16,081 nucleotides of DNA from Synechococcus sp. (GCA_051439605.1 JBFRWN010000050.1:1-16081), one strand, 5' to 3'. Positions 1 to 8,823 are shown, counted from the stretch's first letter. A program made the numbers and translations. Notes: a model not told the origin generated them from the letters alone.

Positions 1-118
1 CAACAAAGAGCATCATCTTCTCAATATCTCTGGAGCTCAGAGGAAAGGTGTAATTCAGCCAGACGCAGTAGAAGACGATCTCGCTGGGGAAACGAGATTC
101 TTTATAACTGATACTCAT
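1..118 (-). pseudogene. IS6-family transposase N-terminal fragment, apparently degenerate; runs off the window
   Basis: Manual translation gives MSISYKESRFPSEIVFYCVWLNYTFPLSSRDIEKMMLFV. This matches the IS6 N-terminal pattern Y.G.RFP.EII..CVWLY..F.LSYRD.E.MM..RG, with several usually conserved residues changed. Confidence 0.75.
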
Positions 119-138
119 CCTCTAAGCCTTACACTGCC
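1..138 (-). mobile_element. Left end of an IS6-family insertion sequence (terminal inverted repeat plus start of transposase), cut by the window edge
   Basis: The minus strand from 138 reads GGCAGTGTAAGGCTT, resembling the GGCACTGT-type IS6/IS26 termini. The transposase-like ATG follows at 118. Confidence 0.7.
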
Positions 139-217
139 TAGCCATGGGTGCCAAAGCAATTAGCTTGTCAATACTTTGAAAACGACTCAACCCCCTCTAC
201 CCGACAAACACAACCCA

Positions 218-922
218 TCAGCCACCTAAAAACATTTTTGAAATTTGGGGATTAGCCAGCAAATTGGGTCCGGTATCCTCAAAGCGATTCTCTCCCATTG
301 CGAGAACGTAGCCCCTATGAGCAATTGACAATGCCTGTTGTGTATTGTGTTCCACTATCAAGATACCGATCCCACTCTTGTTAATATCGTGGATAACTTC
401 GAAAATCTGGTCCACATAAAGAGGGGATAAACCTGCTGTTGGCTCATCCAGCAACAAAAGCTTGGGTTCGACCATTAAGGCTCGACCGATCGCAACCATT
501 TGACGCTGCCCCCCCGATAAATTGCCCGCAGCGGACTGTCGTTTTTCTTTTAAATCGGGGAATAACTCGTAGATTCGATCGATCTGACTGCCAAACTCGT
601 CAGTGCGGATAAATGCTCCCATCTCTAAATTTTCTTGTACGGAAAGAGTGGGAAACACGTTGTTGGTTTGCGGAACGTAGCAAATGCCTGACTGTACGAG
701 GCGATCGCTCCTCAATCTGGTGATATCGCGATTTTCAAACAGGATTTTCCCTTCGCGAACAGTGGCCAAGCCAAACAAGGATTTGAGTACAGTGGATTTC
801 CCAGCTCCATTGGGACCGATAATCACCACCATCTCCTTGTGATGAACTGTGAGGTCGATCCCCTTCAAAATATCCACGTCTCCGTACCCGCCATAGACGT
901 GGCAAAACTCAAGAAGGGCCAT
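218..922 (-). CDS. livF: Branched-chain/neutral amino-acid ABC transporter ATP-binding subunit (LivF/NatE-like)
   Basis: Walker A GPNGAGKS, YVPQ Q-loop, LSVQENLEMGA, LSGGQRQMVAIGRALM signature, LLLLDEPTAGL Walker B, VEH switch; 234 aa. Confidence 0.93.
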   Translation of the reverse strand: MALLEFCHVYGGYGDVDILKGIDLTVHHKEMVVIIGPNGAGKSTVLKSLFGLATVREGKILFENRDITRLRSDRLVQSGICYVPQTNNVFPTLSVQENLEMGAFIRTDEFGSQIDRIYELFPDLKEKRQSAAGNLSGGQRQMVAIGRALMVEPKLLLLDEPTAGLSPLYVDQIFEVIHDINKSGIGILIVEHNTQQALSIAHRGYVLAMGENRFEDTGPNLLANPQISKMFLGG

Positions 923-934
923 CGACGATTTCTC

Positions 935-1717
935 CTAATCCAATAGTTGTGCGTCTGACAGGTGACTCATGCCTAGATAGGCATTTCTGACTGCATCGTT
1001 GCTACGGATTTCTTCCATCGTCCCGAGAGCCAACACCTTGCCCTCAGCCAGTACAATGACGCGATCGCACAAGCGAGCGACTAAATCGAGATCGTGTTCG
1101 ATGATGCAAAAGGTTAGGCCTCTTTCAGCGTTGAGTTGCTTGACAACTCCGCTAAGCTGTCTCAAAAGCGTTCGGTTCACCCCCGCACCTGGCTCGTCCA
1201 ACAAGACCACTTTGGGAGTTACCATCATGGTGCGGCCCAATTCCAGAAGTTTTTTTTGGCCTCCGGAAAGGTTCTTTGCTAACTCGCTTCGCAAGTGAGT
1301 GAGGTTCAGATTCTCTAAAACAGCCTCAGCTTTGGCCATCACCTCTCGTTCGCGGTCCTTGACTTTTTTCCATTGCAAGCAACTGGATAACAAGTTCTCC
1401 CCTACTTGTTTCGAAGGAATCAGCATGAGATTTTCCAGTACCGTCATACGGCCAAACTCTCGAGGTATTTGGAACGTTCGCACCAAACCCTGTTGAAATA
1501 ATCGGTGAGGAGACCAACCTGTCACGTCTTGACGGTCGAAAAGAATCCAACCATTTTCTGGCTTGATAAATCCCGAAATTACATTAAAAAGCGTAGTTTT
1601 TCCTGCTCCATTCGGACCGATCAACCCAACAATTTCGCCCGCACCAATTTCGAAGGAACAGCCCTCTAAGGCATGGAATCCGGAAAATGACTTGGAGATA
1701 TTATCAATCTGAAGCAC
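935..1717 (-). CDS. livG: Branched-chain/neutral amino-acid ABC transporter ATP-binding subunit (LivG/NatA-like), GTG start
   Basis: GLIGPNGAGKTTLFN, RTFQ, LSGGQKKLLELGR, LLDEPGAGVN, IEHD and a C-terminal VRNAYLG motif; 12 bp upstream of livF. Confidence 0.92.
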   Translation of the reverse strand: MLQIDNISKSFSGFHALEGCSFEIGAGEIVGLIGPNGAGKTTLFNVISGFIKPENGWILFDRQDVTGWSPHRLFQQGLVRTFQIPREFGRMTVLENLMLIPSKQVGENLLSSCLQWKKVKDREREVMAKAEAVLENLNLTHLRSELAKNLSGGQKKLLELGRTMMVTPKVVLLDEPGAGVNRTLLRQLSGVVKQLNAERGLTFCIIEHDLDLVARLCDRVIVLAEGKVLALGTMEEIRSNDAVRNAYLGMSHLSDAQLLD

Positions 1718-1904
1718 AGTTGAAGAAGAAGCAGTAGATAAATTTATCTTAACGACCGACCGTTAGTTCGTCCCACAATAGAGGTCAACAAATATCATTG
1801 GTTCTTACAAGCGGAACGTGTCCAGCGGGTAACAGAGAGACCCGAAGCTGGCTATATGAAAACGTTGCAATAGCAGTTCAATCGTCGACGCCGTAGAGGT
1901 TTCA

Positions 1905-3206
1905 ATGGCTGTATATCGAAGAACTACACATAACTGCTGGACTTTGCTGGGATTCTCTAGCTTGATAGTAGCGGTGTTGGTGGCTTGCGGGGGCCCCCCA
2001 GCTAGCGACAGCGAGCCCTCTGAAGCTGAAAGTTCTCTCTCTGCTCCAGACGTCACTTTAGAGGGCGAAATTGATCTGGGAGCTCTATTGCCCATGACAG
2101 GGGACCTGCAAGCTTTTGGTGAGACCTCTTTAAACGGCATTCAGCTGGCTTTAACCCAAATTAACGATGCTGGGGGGGTGATGGGCAGCTCGTTAACCGT
2201 CAAGGTGGGAGATACCCAAACTGCCGCTCAGCCCAGTATCGATGCAGCCCAGAAACTGGTTTCCATTGAAGGAGTTGTGGGGATTGTTGGAGCCCTCTCC
2301 AGTGGCAATACAATTCCAGTGGCCGCCAGTGTTACGAGTACAAATGGCATAGCTCTAATTTCCCCGGCTTCGACGTCCCCTCTGATTAGCGAACTGGATG
2401 ATGGAGATTTCCTCTTTCGGACTGTTCCTTCCGATGCGTTTCAAGGGGTCGCACTCGCTCAGATTACTCGGGAGAAGGGACTCGATAACCTGGCAATTAT
2501 CTACATCAACAACGATTACGGAGAGGGATTGAAAGACAGTTTTGCTAAGGCGTTTCAAGATTTAGGTGGCACGGTCGCAGGAACTGCCCCCTACGAGCAG
2601 GGCAATGCTTCCTACAGGGGTGAGCTAGCGAAATTGGCAAGTCATGATGCCGACGGACTCGTGCTATTTGGATATCCAGAAAATGGTGTCACCATTTTGA
2701 AGCAATCCCTAGAGGAAGGGTTTTTCGATACCTTCGTCTTTTCTGACGGCATGCAAGCACCAGAAATTATTGATGCGATTGGGGAGGAATTTCTCGACGG
2801 TGTATTTGGGACGGCCCCGCAAGCGCTAACGGATAGCCCCGCCTACCAGACCTTTGTTACGGCTTACGAAGAGTCCTACGGCGAGCTACCTCCTAAGCCC
2901 TTTATCGATTCTGCCTACGATGCCACGATGTTGCTGGCGCTGGCAATTGAAAAAGCTGACAGCACTGAAGGGGAGGCGATTCGAGATGCCCTTCGGGATG
3001 TCGCCAATCCCCCAGGCACCGAGATTTTGCCTGGTGAGTGGGAACAGGCATTGGAAGCGATCGCGGCGGGTGAAGACATCGATTACGTCGGAGCATCCGG
3101 GAATGTCAACCTCAACGAAGCGGGCGATGTTGCCGGTACGTTCGCACACTGGGAAATAGAGGGGGGAGAAATCGTCACTGTCAAAGTTTTTGAGCCCGAT
3201 ATTTAA
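1905..3206 (+). CDS. ABC transporter substrate-binding lipoprotein, Leu/Ile/Val-binding (LivJ/LivK/NatB-like) family
   Basis: Signal peptide ending in lipobox LVAC (Cys28); GALLPMTG, INDAGGVMG, ISPASTSP, FLFRTVPSDAFQG, NNDYG and AYDA motifs; GAGG upstream of the ATG; flanked by the other four transporter genes. Confidence 0.92.
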   Translation: MAVYRRTTHNCWTLLGFSSLIVAVLVACGGPPASDSEPSEAESSLSAPDVTLEGEIDLGALLPMTGDLQAFGETSLNGIQLALTQINDAGGVMGSSLTVKVGDTQTAAQPSIDAAQKLVSIEGVVGIVGALSSGNTIPVAASVTSTNGIALISPASTSPLISELDDGDFLFRTVPSDAFQGVALAQITREKGLDNLAIIYINNDYGEGLKDSFAKAFQDLGGTVAGTAPYEQGNASYRGELAKLASHDADGLVLFGYPENGVTILKQSLEEGFFDTFVFSDGMQAPEIIDAIGEEFLDGVFGTAPQALTDSPAYQTFVTAYEESYGELPPKPFIDSAYDATMLLALAIEKADSTEGEAIRDALRDVANPPGTEILPGEWEQALEAIAAGEDIDYVGASGNVNLNEAGDVAGTFAHWEIEGGEIVTVKVFEPDI

Positions 3207-3319
3207 CCGATAGCTGTTGCTATTTCAGTCAGGTCGCGATACCTGTGTTGAAGCGATCGACGTTTCCACAATTTCAAGCCGGTCCGACAACGGGTCCGCA
3301 TGTGTTGTCTCTGCAATCG

Positions 3320-4282
3320 TCAACGATCGTCTTTGGGGAAAGACTTAACCAAAGGGTTTGGGGGTTTTTCGGGAAGAATGCCTTGTGGTCGAGCTAGCAA
3401 TATCACCTGCAACAGCACTCCAATTAGCAATAGGCGCAGTGCACCTGCACGAGCGGCCCATGCAATGGGCAATAAATTGGTGAAAAATTCAGTGCCGGAC
3501 CAGATTCCCCAGATGGCAAACGCCCCCAAAATGGCTCCCCGAGTATTGCCACTTCCCCCAGCAATTAGCATGACCCAAACGATAAACGTGACAAACTCGG
3601 GCTGAAACGCTTCGGGACTGATAAACGAGACAAAGTGGGCGTACAATCCGCCTGCTAAGCCCATCGCCATCGAGCCCAGCACAAATGCCTGCATGCGAAA
3701 CTTCAAGACACTTTTTCCGGCCGCTAACGTGGCCAGCTCATCTTCTCGAATGGCCCTTTGCACTCGCCCCCATGGTGAACGGTACGCTCGCTCGCTGAAC
3801 CAATAGATCGCAGCTAAGAGGGCCAATACCATCAGAAGATAAATGACAGCATCGTTTCCCGGCATCAATCCAGACAAAGGCTTGGGGATGCCAGCGATTC
3901 CTCTCACTCCGTTGGTTAACCATGCTTCGTTTTTGAGTATCAACCGCACAATTTCTGCCAGCCCAATGGTGGCAATCGCCAAATAGTCCGATCTCAACGT
4001 CAGAGTGATGGTGCCAATGGCAAGCGCAAGCGTCCCCGCAACCGCCATCGCGGACATTAGGCCCACCCAGAAGGGCATATCCAGCCCGCCTATGTAGCTG
4101 CTGCTAGCAGGGGTCGTCACAATTGCAGTTGTATATGCCCCGACTGCAAAAAACGCTCCAATGCCGATGTTGAGAATTCCCGTATATCCCCATTGGATGT
4201 TGAGTCCCAAAGCGATGATGGCGTAAATACTCCCCAACGTGAGAAAAAAGACGACGTAATTCACGAGTCCAGGCAAACTCAT
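3320..4282 (-). CDS. livM: Branched-chain amino-acid ABC transporter permease (LivM/NatC-like)
   Basis: LGLNIQWGYTG, LRSDYLAIATIG, SPWGRVQRAIREDE, GGSGNTRGAILGA and RPQGIL motifs; many TM segments. The ATG directly abuts the livH stop and has a GGAGG upstream. Confidence 0.92.
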   Translation of the reverse strand: MSLPGLVNYVVFFLTLGSIYAIIALGLNIQWGYTGILNIGIGAFFAVGAYTTAIVTTPASSSYIGGLDMPFWVGLMSAMAVAGTLALAIGTITLTLRSDYLAIATIGLAEIVRLILKNEAWLTNGVRGIAGIPKPLSGLMPGNDAVIYLLMVLALLAAIYWFSERAYRSPWGRVQRAIREDELATLAAGKSVLKFRMQAFVLGSMAMGLAGGLYAHFVSFISPEAFQPEFVTFIVWVMLIAGGSGNTRGAILGAFAIWGIWSGTEFFTNLLPIAWAARAGALRLLLIGVLLQVILLARPQGILPEKPPNPLVKSFPKDDR

Positions 4283-5140
4283 CTATCGTCCTCCAAATAG
4301 CCCCGTTGGGCGCACAATGAGCATGAAGACTAAAATGGCAAACGAAATCGCCGATTTATATGCCGGTGAAATAAACAGCGATGAGAGCTCTGTGGCGATC
4401 CCGAGAACTAATCCTCCCACGATCGCTCCATAGGGCTTACCAATACCCCCTAAAATGGCGGCGGCGAATATCGGTAACAACAAGCGCCATCCCATTGTGG
4501 GATGCAAACGGGTATCTAACCCCAAAAATACTCCGGCCGCACAGGCCGTCAACCCACCTAACGCCCATGTCCACATCACCACACGCTCGGTGTCGATACC
4601 GGTGATTTGAGCCAAATCAACATTATCTGCCATTGCTCGCATCGCTTTGCCCATGCGGGTGTACTGTAAAAAGCAATGTAACGCGATCGTTAGGACCAGA
4701 GCTCCCACCACAATGACAATTTGATCGGGTTTAATGCGCAGTCCAGCAATACTCCAAGGCAGCTGAATGCCAGACCGATAAACTTGGTTGTTGGGTCCCC
4801 AAACGAGCTGAATTAAACTTCGCAAAATTAACCCAATTCCAAACGAAGAGATCAGCAGAATGACAGGTTGACGTCGTCTCAAGTAACGGTAGACGAGCTG
4901 GTCTGTGGCTAAAGCTGCTGCGATCGTTGCGATAGAAGCTAACCCCAAACCCAGCCAAATGGGGAAGCCCGCCATTGAAATGAATGTAAAGCCAAAATAC
5001 GCTCCTAATGAAATCAGATCTCCGTGAGCGAAGTTGGCAAAACGCAAAATTCCAAAGGTTAGCGAAACCCCCACTGCTCCTAAGGAGATGATGCTACCCA
5101 AGACAACACCATAAATCAGTAGCTGCAGAATTTCAGTCAC
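4283..5140 (-). CDS. livH: Branched-chain amino-acid ABC transporter permease (LivH/NatD-like), GTG start
   Basis: GILRFANFAHGD, TRMGKAMRAMADN..LA...GI, FAAAILGGIG..YGA and RPTGLFG motifs. Confidence 0.92.
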   Translation of the reverse strand: MTEILQLLIYGVVLGSIISLGAVGVSLTFGILRFANFAHGDLISLGAYFGFTFISMAGFPIWLGLGLASIATIAAALATDQLVYRYLRRRQPVILLISSFGIGLILRSLIQLVWGPNNQVYRSGIQLPWSIAGLRIKPDQIVIVVGALVLTIALHCFLQYTRMGKAMRAMADNVDLAQITGIDTERVVMWTWALGGLTACAAGVFLGLDTRLHPTMGWRLLLPIFAAAILGGIGKPYGAIVGGLVLGIATELSSLFISPAYKSAISFAILVFMLIVRPTGLFGGR

Positions 5141-5671
5141 AATAGTAATACAATCAATTGAATTGCTTAGATGATATTTTGCTCTTAATCGGCTTGAAAA
5201 TGTCAGATCTACGATTTCGTCAGAGATGTATCAGACTGTTGTACGGAGAGGCCCCCACTAAACGAACTTGGAAGTGAAAAAAATTATAGTATCGCTACAG
5301 CCTAAACTTGTGTAAGCGTTCCACGACTTTACATTAGTCACCACAAGAGATATTCTACTTTTCATTCACACCAGCTAAGGACGCTTACCTCTAAATTTTG
5401 ACTAAGGAAAATAAATTTGGGCTGAAAGTGAAATGAGTCCTGTCAGTATCAACAATTTCAAGAAAAGCACTACTAAATACTTTCCCATTAATTTTGATTT
5501 TCTGTAACCTCCAAATATAGTACGTTCCCAACCCTTATTTGCTCTTCATAGCAACAGTATGATTGAATCTCTTAACTCAGGGTTATGCCTATCTGGATTT
5601 AGTATTAGGCTTAGACATTGGAGGAGTTTCTTCTATCCGAGGAGCTGGAGAATTCTCCAGAGAGATTGAGT

Positions 5672-6421
5672 ATGCAAGCAACAGTCATGTCGTTAGCTCT
5701 AGCTTTGCTTCTCATAGGGGCATTTCTCTTGGGACTCCCCGCCTGTGCTGATGGTCGAATCTCGAACGATCGGGGACCTACAGAATCGTTTTCCATTACT
5801 CAATTCGAACAGCAGCGGACCGAAATGGTCGAACAACAGCTCCGTGCTCGCGGTATCCAGGATGAAGCCGTACTGGAGTCCATGTCAAAGGTACCCCGCC
5901 ACAAATTTGTTCCGCAGTCGCAAGTTCGTTCTGCTTACGAGGATCGTCCGTTACCGATTGGTCAAGGACAAACGATTTCGCAGCCTTATATTGTGGCTTA
6001 CATGACCGAAGCTGCCGAGGTTTTAGCGACAGATATTGTGCTGGAGATTGGCACGGGCTCGGGTTATCAGGCCGCCATTTTGGGGGAACTGGCTAAAGAG
6101 GTTTACACGATCGAGATTGTGCCCGAGCTAGCGGAGCGAGCCAGTCTTAGGCTGGCAGAACTGGGATATCAAAACGTGTTTGTCAAACAGGGAAATGGCT
6201 ATCTGGGATGGGAAGAGCACGCTCCCTACGATGCCATTCTCGTAACAGCAGCTCCCGATCGCATCCCCGAACCTCTGATCGAACAATTGGTTGCTGGTGG
6301 GAAGCTGGTCATCCCCGTCGGAACTTGGTTTCAAGAACTCTTAGTGCTGGAAAAGACCCCAGATGGATTGGTGGAAGAGCGATCGCTGCCGGTGCGGTTC
6401 GTCCCCTTAGTTGAGGAATGA
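5672..6421 (+). CDS. pcm: Protein-L-isoaspartate(D-aspartate) O-methyltransferase with an N-terminal hydrophobic extension (ORF track starts at TTG 5618; ATG 5672 preferred)
   Basis: VPRHKFVP, AYEDRPLPIGQGQTISQPYIVA, VLEIGTGSGYQAA, APYDAILVTAA, GGKLVIPVG and VRFVPL are PIMT motifs. The start codon is uncertain. Confidence 0.93.
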   Translation: MQATVMSLALALLLIGAFLLGLPACADGRISNDRGPTESFSITQFEQQRTEMVEQQLRARGIQDEAVLESMSKVPRHKFVPQSQVRSAYEDRPLPIGQGQTISQPYIVAYMTEAAEVLATDIVLEIGTGSGYQAAILGELAKEVYTIEIVPELAERASLRLAELGYQNVFVKQGNGYLGWEEHAPYDAILVTAAPDRIPEPLIEQLVAGGKLVIPVGTWFQELLVLEKTPDGLVEERSLPVRFVPLVEE

Positions 6422-6423
6422 GG

Positions 6424-7797
6424 TCAATCGGACGTTTGAGTGGTGCCCTCAACCCAACGCGCGACCAGTAGAACCGGTAATCCGATCGCCAGCACAACCA
6501 TCCCCACCAGTGCTCCCCATCCCGTATAAGCCAAACTGGCCTGCAGCATGTAAGCGTTTGTCAAGCAGAACAGCAGCGGCACCAGTGGATACAGGGGAAC
6601 CCGAAACGGGCGCGGCAGCTCCGGGTCTCGCCACCGCAGAACGAAGAGCGATAACCCTGTTAGGAATAGGAAAAACCAAAACACTGGCGCAGTAAATTCC
6701 ACCGTCGTCTCGAAGCCGGTCCGCGTGAGGGTGCCGAGAAGTACCAAGAGCAATGCCAGCAGACCCTGCACAACTAAGGCGGGTATGGGGGTTTGCTTGG
6801 TAACGTGCCAGCGCCCGAGGATGCTAAACGCTGAAAAGTCCTGCCCGACTGCATAAATGCTGCGGGCCCCCGTCAAAATAGTGCCGTGCATGGCCCCGAG
6901 AACCGAGACCACCACCAGTACGCTCACAAACCGCGCTCCTGTCTGTCCTGCTACCTGTCGCATCAACTCTGCTGCCACCGCATCCGATTGGGCAATTGCC
7001 GCCAATCCCATTCCTTTCAGGTAAGCCAGGTTAGCCAACAAAAAAATTGTTGTAACAATGCCAATACTCCAGATTGAAGTGCTGACGGTATTCCGTTTGG
7101 GGTCACAGAGTTCTGCCGAAAGATAAGCTACTTCGTTCCAGCCGCCGTAGGTGAGCAAAACAAAGATGGCAGCCAGTCCGTAGGACGGTTTGCTTGAGGA
7201 AGCAGCAGAAACCGCACTGGCTTCAGCATGTGACGCTGAACCGAACACCAGCCCAGTAAAGACCACCAACAGCAGTCCCAAGATCTTGGCCGCAGTCAGT
7301 AGCTTCTGGGTCCCCTTGCTGTGTTCGATGCCGACACCATTGAGGATGGTTAGCAAGACAATCGCTCCAGTGGCATAAATCGAAGAGCTGTAGGGTCCTA
7401 ATGGGAATAGCTGCGTGCTATAGTCACCCAAGACAAACGCCAGAATAGCGATCGAACCCGTTTGAATGACTGTCAGTCGCGCCCAACCAAACAACCAGCC
7501 AACATCTTTGCCGTAAGCGCTCGATAGATACCGGTATTCCCCACCAGAATGAGGATAAGTACTTGCAAGTTCTGAATAACACAGCGCTCCAATTAGGGAG
7601 ATGGCTCCCCCTAGAACCCAGATCGACAGAAATCCCGCTGCTGTCTCCGTATTAGCAGCAACGATCGAGGGCGTTCTGAAGATGCCCACTCCAACGACAA
7701 TCCCCACCGTTATGGCGATCGCGTCCAGCAACGAAAGCGTTTCGCGAGGACTGCCGTTCTGTTTCTCGCTGCCGCCAGCCAGCCATCGATCGAGCAT
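6424..7797 (-). CDS. APC-superfamily amino-acid permease (LAT/SteT-like); ATG 7797 preferred over TTG 7848
   Basis: TM1 VGIVVGVGIFRTP, ALCYSELAS.YP.SGGEY.YL, TM6 YGGWNE, RPFRVPLYP; about 12 hydrophobic segments; AGGTG SD-like sequence before ATG 7797. Confidence 0.9.
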   Translation of the reverse strand: MLDRWLAGGSEKQNGSPRETLSLLDAIAITVGIVVGVGIFRTPSIVAANTETAAGFLSIWVLGGAISLIGALCYSELASTYPHSGGEYRYLSSAYGKDVGWLFGWARLTVIQTGSIAILAFVLGDYSTQLFPLGPYSSSIYATGAIVLLTILNGVGIEHSKGTQKLLTAAKILGLLLVVFTGLVFGSASHAEASAVSAASSSKPSYGLAAIFVLLTYGGWNEVAYLSAELCDPKRNTVSTSIWSIGIVTTIFLLANLAYLKGMGLAAIAQSDAVAAELMRQVAGQTGARFVSVLVVVSVLGAMHGTILTGARSIYAVGQDFSAFSILGRWHVTKQTPIPALVVQGLLALLLVLLGTLTRTGFETTVEFTAPVFWFFLFLTGLSLFVLRWRDPELPRPFRVPLYPLVPLLFCLTNAYMLQASLAYTGWGALVGMVVLAIGLPVLLVARWVEGTTQTSD

Positions 7798-7919
7798 TTC
7801 ACACCTGTTGTTTCGATCTCGCCACAGTCTCAATCCTTTGCCAAACAATCACTTGAGAGGGTTTGCCTGGTTTGGGAGTGTTACCCTACTGCTCGACACT
7901 TTAAACCTTCTACTATCCT

Positions 7920-8792
7920 ATGAACGATCGGGAGTGCATCTGTTTTTTGCAGTGGGCTTTGCCTCAGCTGCAGATGCATTGGCCTGGTTTTCGTAAAGTA
8001 CGCAAACAAGTTTGCAAGCGGCTCCAACGTCGCCTGCACCAGCTGAATCTCCCAAACACTACAGCCTATCGTGCCTATCTTGCCGCTAACCCTAACGAGT
8101 GGGACGTCTTAGATAGCTACTGTCGCATTACCATCTCACGCTTCTATCGAGATCGCGCTGTATTCGACTACCTACGGCAAAGTCTTTTGCCAGAATTGGC
8201 TCGGATGGCGATCGCAGACAAGCAGAACGAACTGCGCTGTTGGAGCGCGGGTTGTGCCTCGGGGGAGGAAGCCTACACGCTAAATATTCTTTGGGCCTTA
8301 TCTATGCAGTCGCATTTTCCAAATCTGGCCCTACACATTGTCGCTACCGATGTAGATGCGAATCTACTAGAGCGAGCTCGCATCGGCTGCTATCCGTTCG
8401 GCAGCTTCAAGGATTTCCCTCACGAGTGGCTTTTGCGAGCTTTTACCTTGTCCCAGCAGCAGTTATGCATCCGAGCAGAATTTCGAGAAGGCATTGAATT
8501 TCTCCAGCAAGATCTTCGATCGCAAAGCCCTGAGGGCTCATTTCATTTGCTCCTCTGTCGCAATCTTGCCTTTACCTACTTCGATCTCCCCTTACAGCTC
8601 AAAGTTCTGCAACGGCTTGTTCGGCACCTTCTCCCTGGAGGGAGTTTGGTTCTCGGTAGTCACGAAGAACTCCACGAAGTGCCTCCTGAATTGCAGCAAG
8701 TTAGGCCTCGATTAGGAATTTATCGTCGATCTACAGGTACAGAAGGAAGTCGGGTAGAGAGCATTCGCCACAACACCCTACAAGCCGAATAG
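7920..8792 (+). CDS. Stand-alone CheR-family SAM-dependent methyltransferase
   Basis: ITISRFYRD, RCWSAGCASGEEAYTL, IVATDVD, LLLCRN and LLPGGSLVLGSHE follow the CheR motif order; no other che genes in the window. Confidence 0.87.
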   Translation: MNDRECICFLQWALPQLQMHWPGFRKVRKQVCKRLQRRLHQLNLPNTTAYRAYLAANPNEWDVLDSYCRITISRFYRDRAVFDYLRQSLLPELARMAIADKQNELRCWSAGCASGEEAYTLNILWALSMQSHFPNLALHIVATDVDANLLERARIGCYPFGSFKDFPHEWLLRAFTLSQQQLCIRAEFREGIEFLQQDLRSQSPEGSFHLLLCRNLAFTYFDLPLQLKVLQRLVRHLLPGGSLVLGSHEELHEVPPELQQVRPRLGIYRRSTGTEGSRVESIRHNTLQAE

Positions 8793-8823
8793 ATTATTTA
8801 TCATTTAATTCAGCAACGATCTC

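Noticed and set aside
1718..3319. Recombinase-driven invertible segment around the binding-protein gene
   Set aside because: Only short chance-level matches (about 7 bp) between the flanks, and no recombinase in the window.
999..4958. Short alternative-frame ORFs overlapping the liv genes, for example 1805..2140, 2854..3159 and 3300..3605
   Set aside because: They overlap well-supported transporter genes largely or entirely and show no recognisable motifs.
5141..5671. NtcA site or hidden gene in the livH-pcm intergenic region, including ORFs 5563..5751 and 5611..5796
   Set aside because: I found no exact GTA-N8-TAC by eye. The short ORFs overlap pcm and lack recognisable features.
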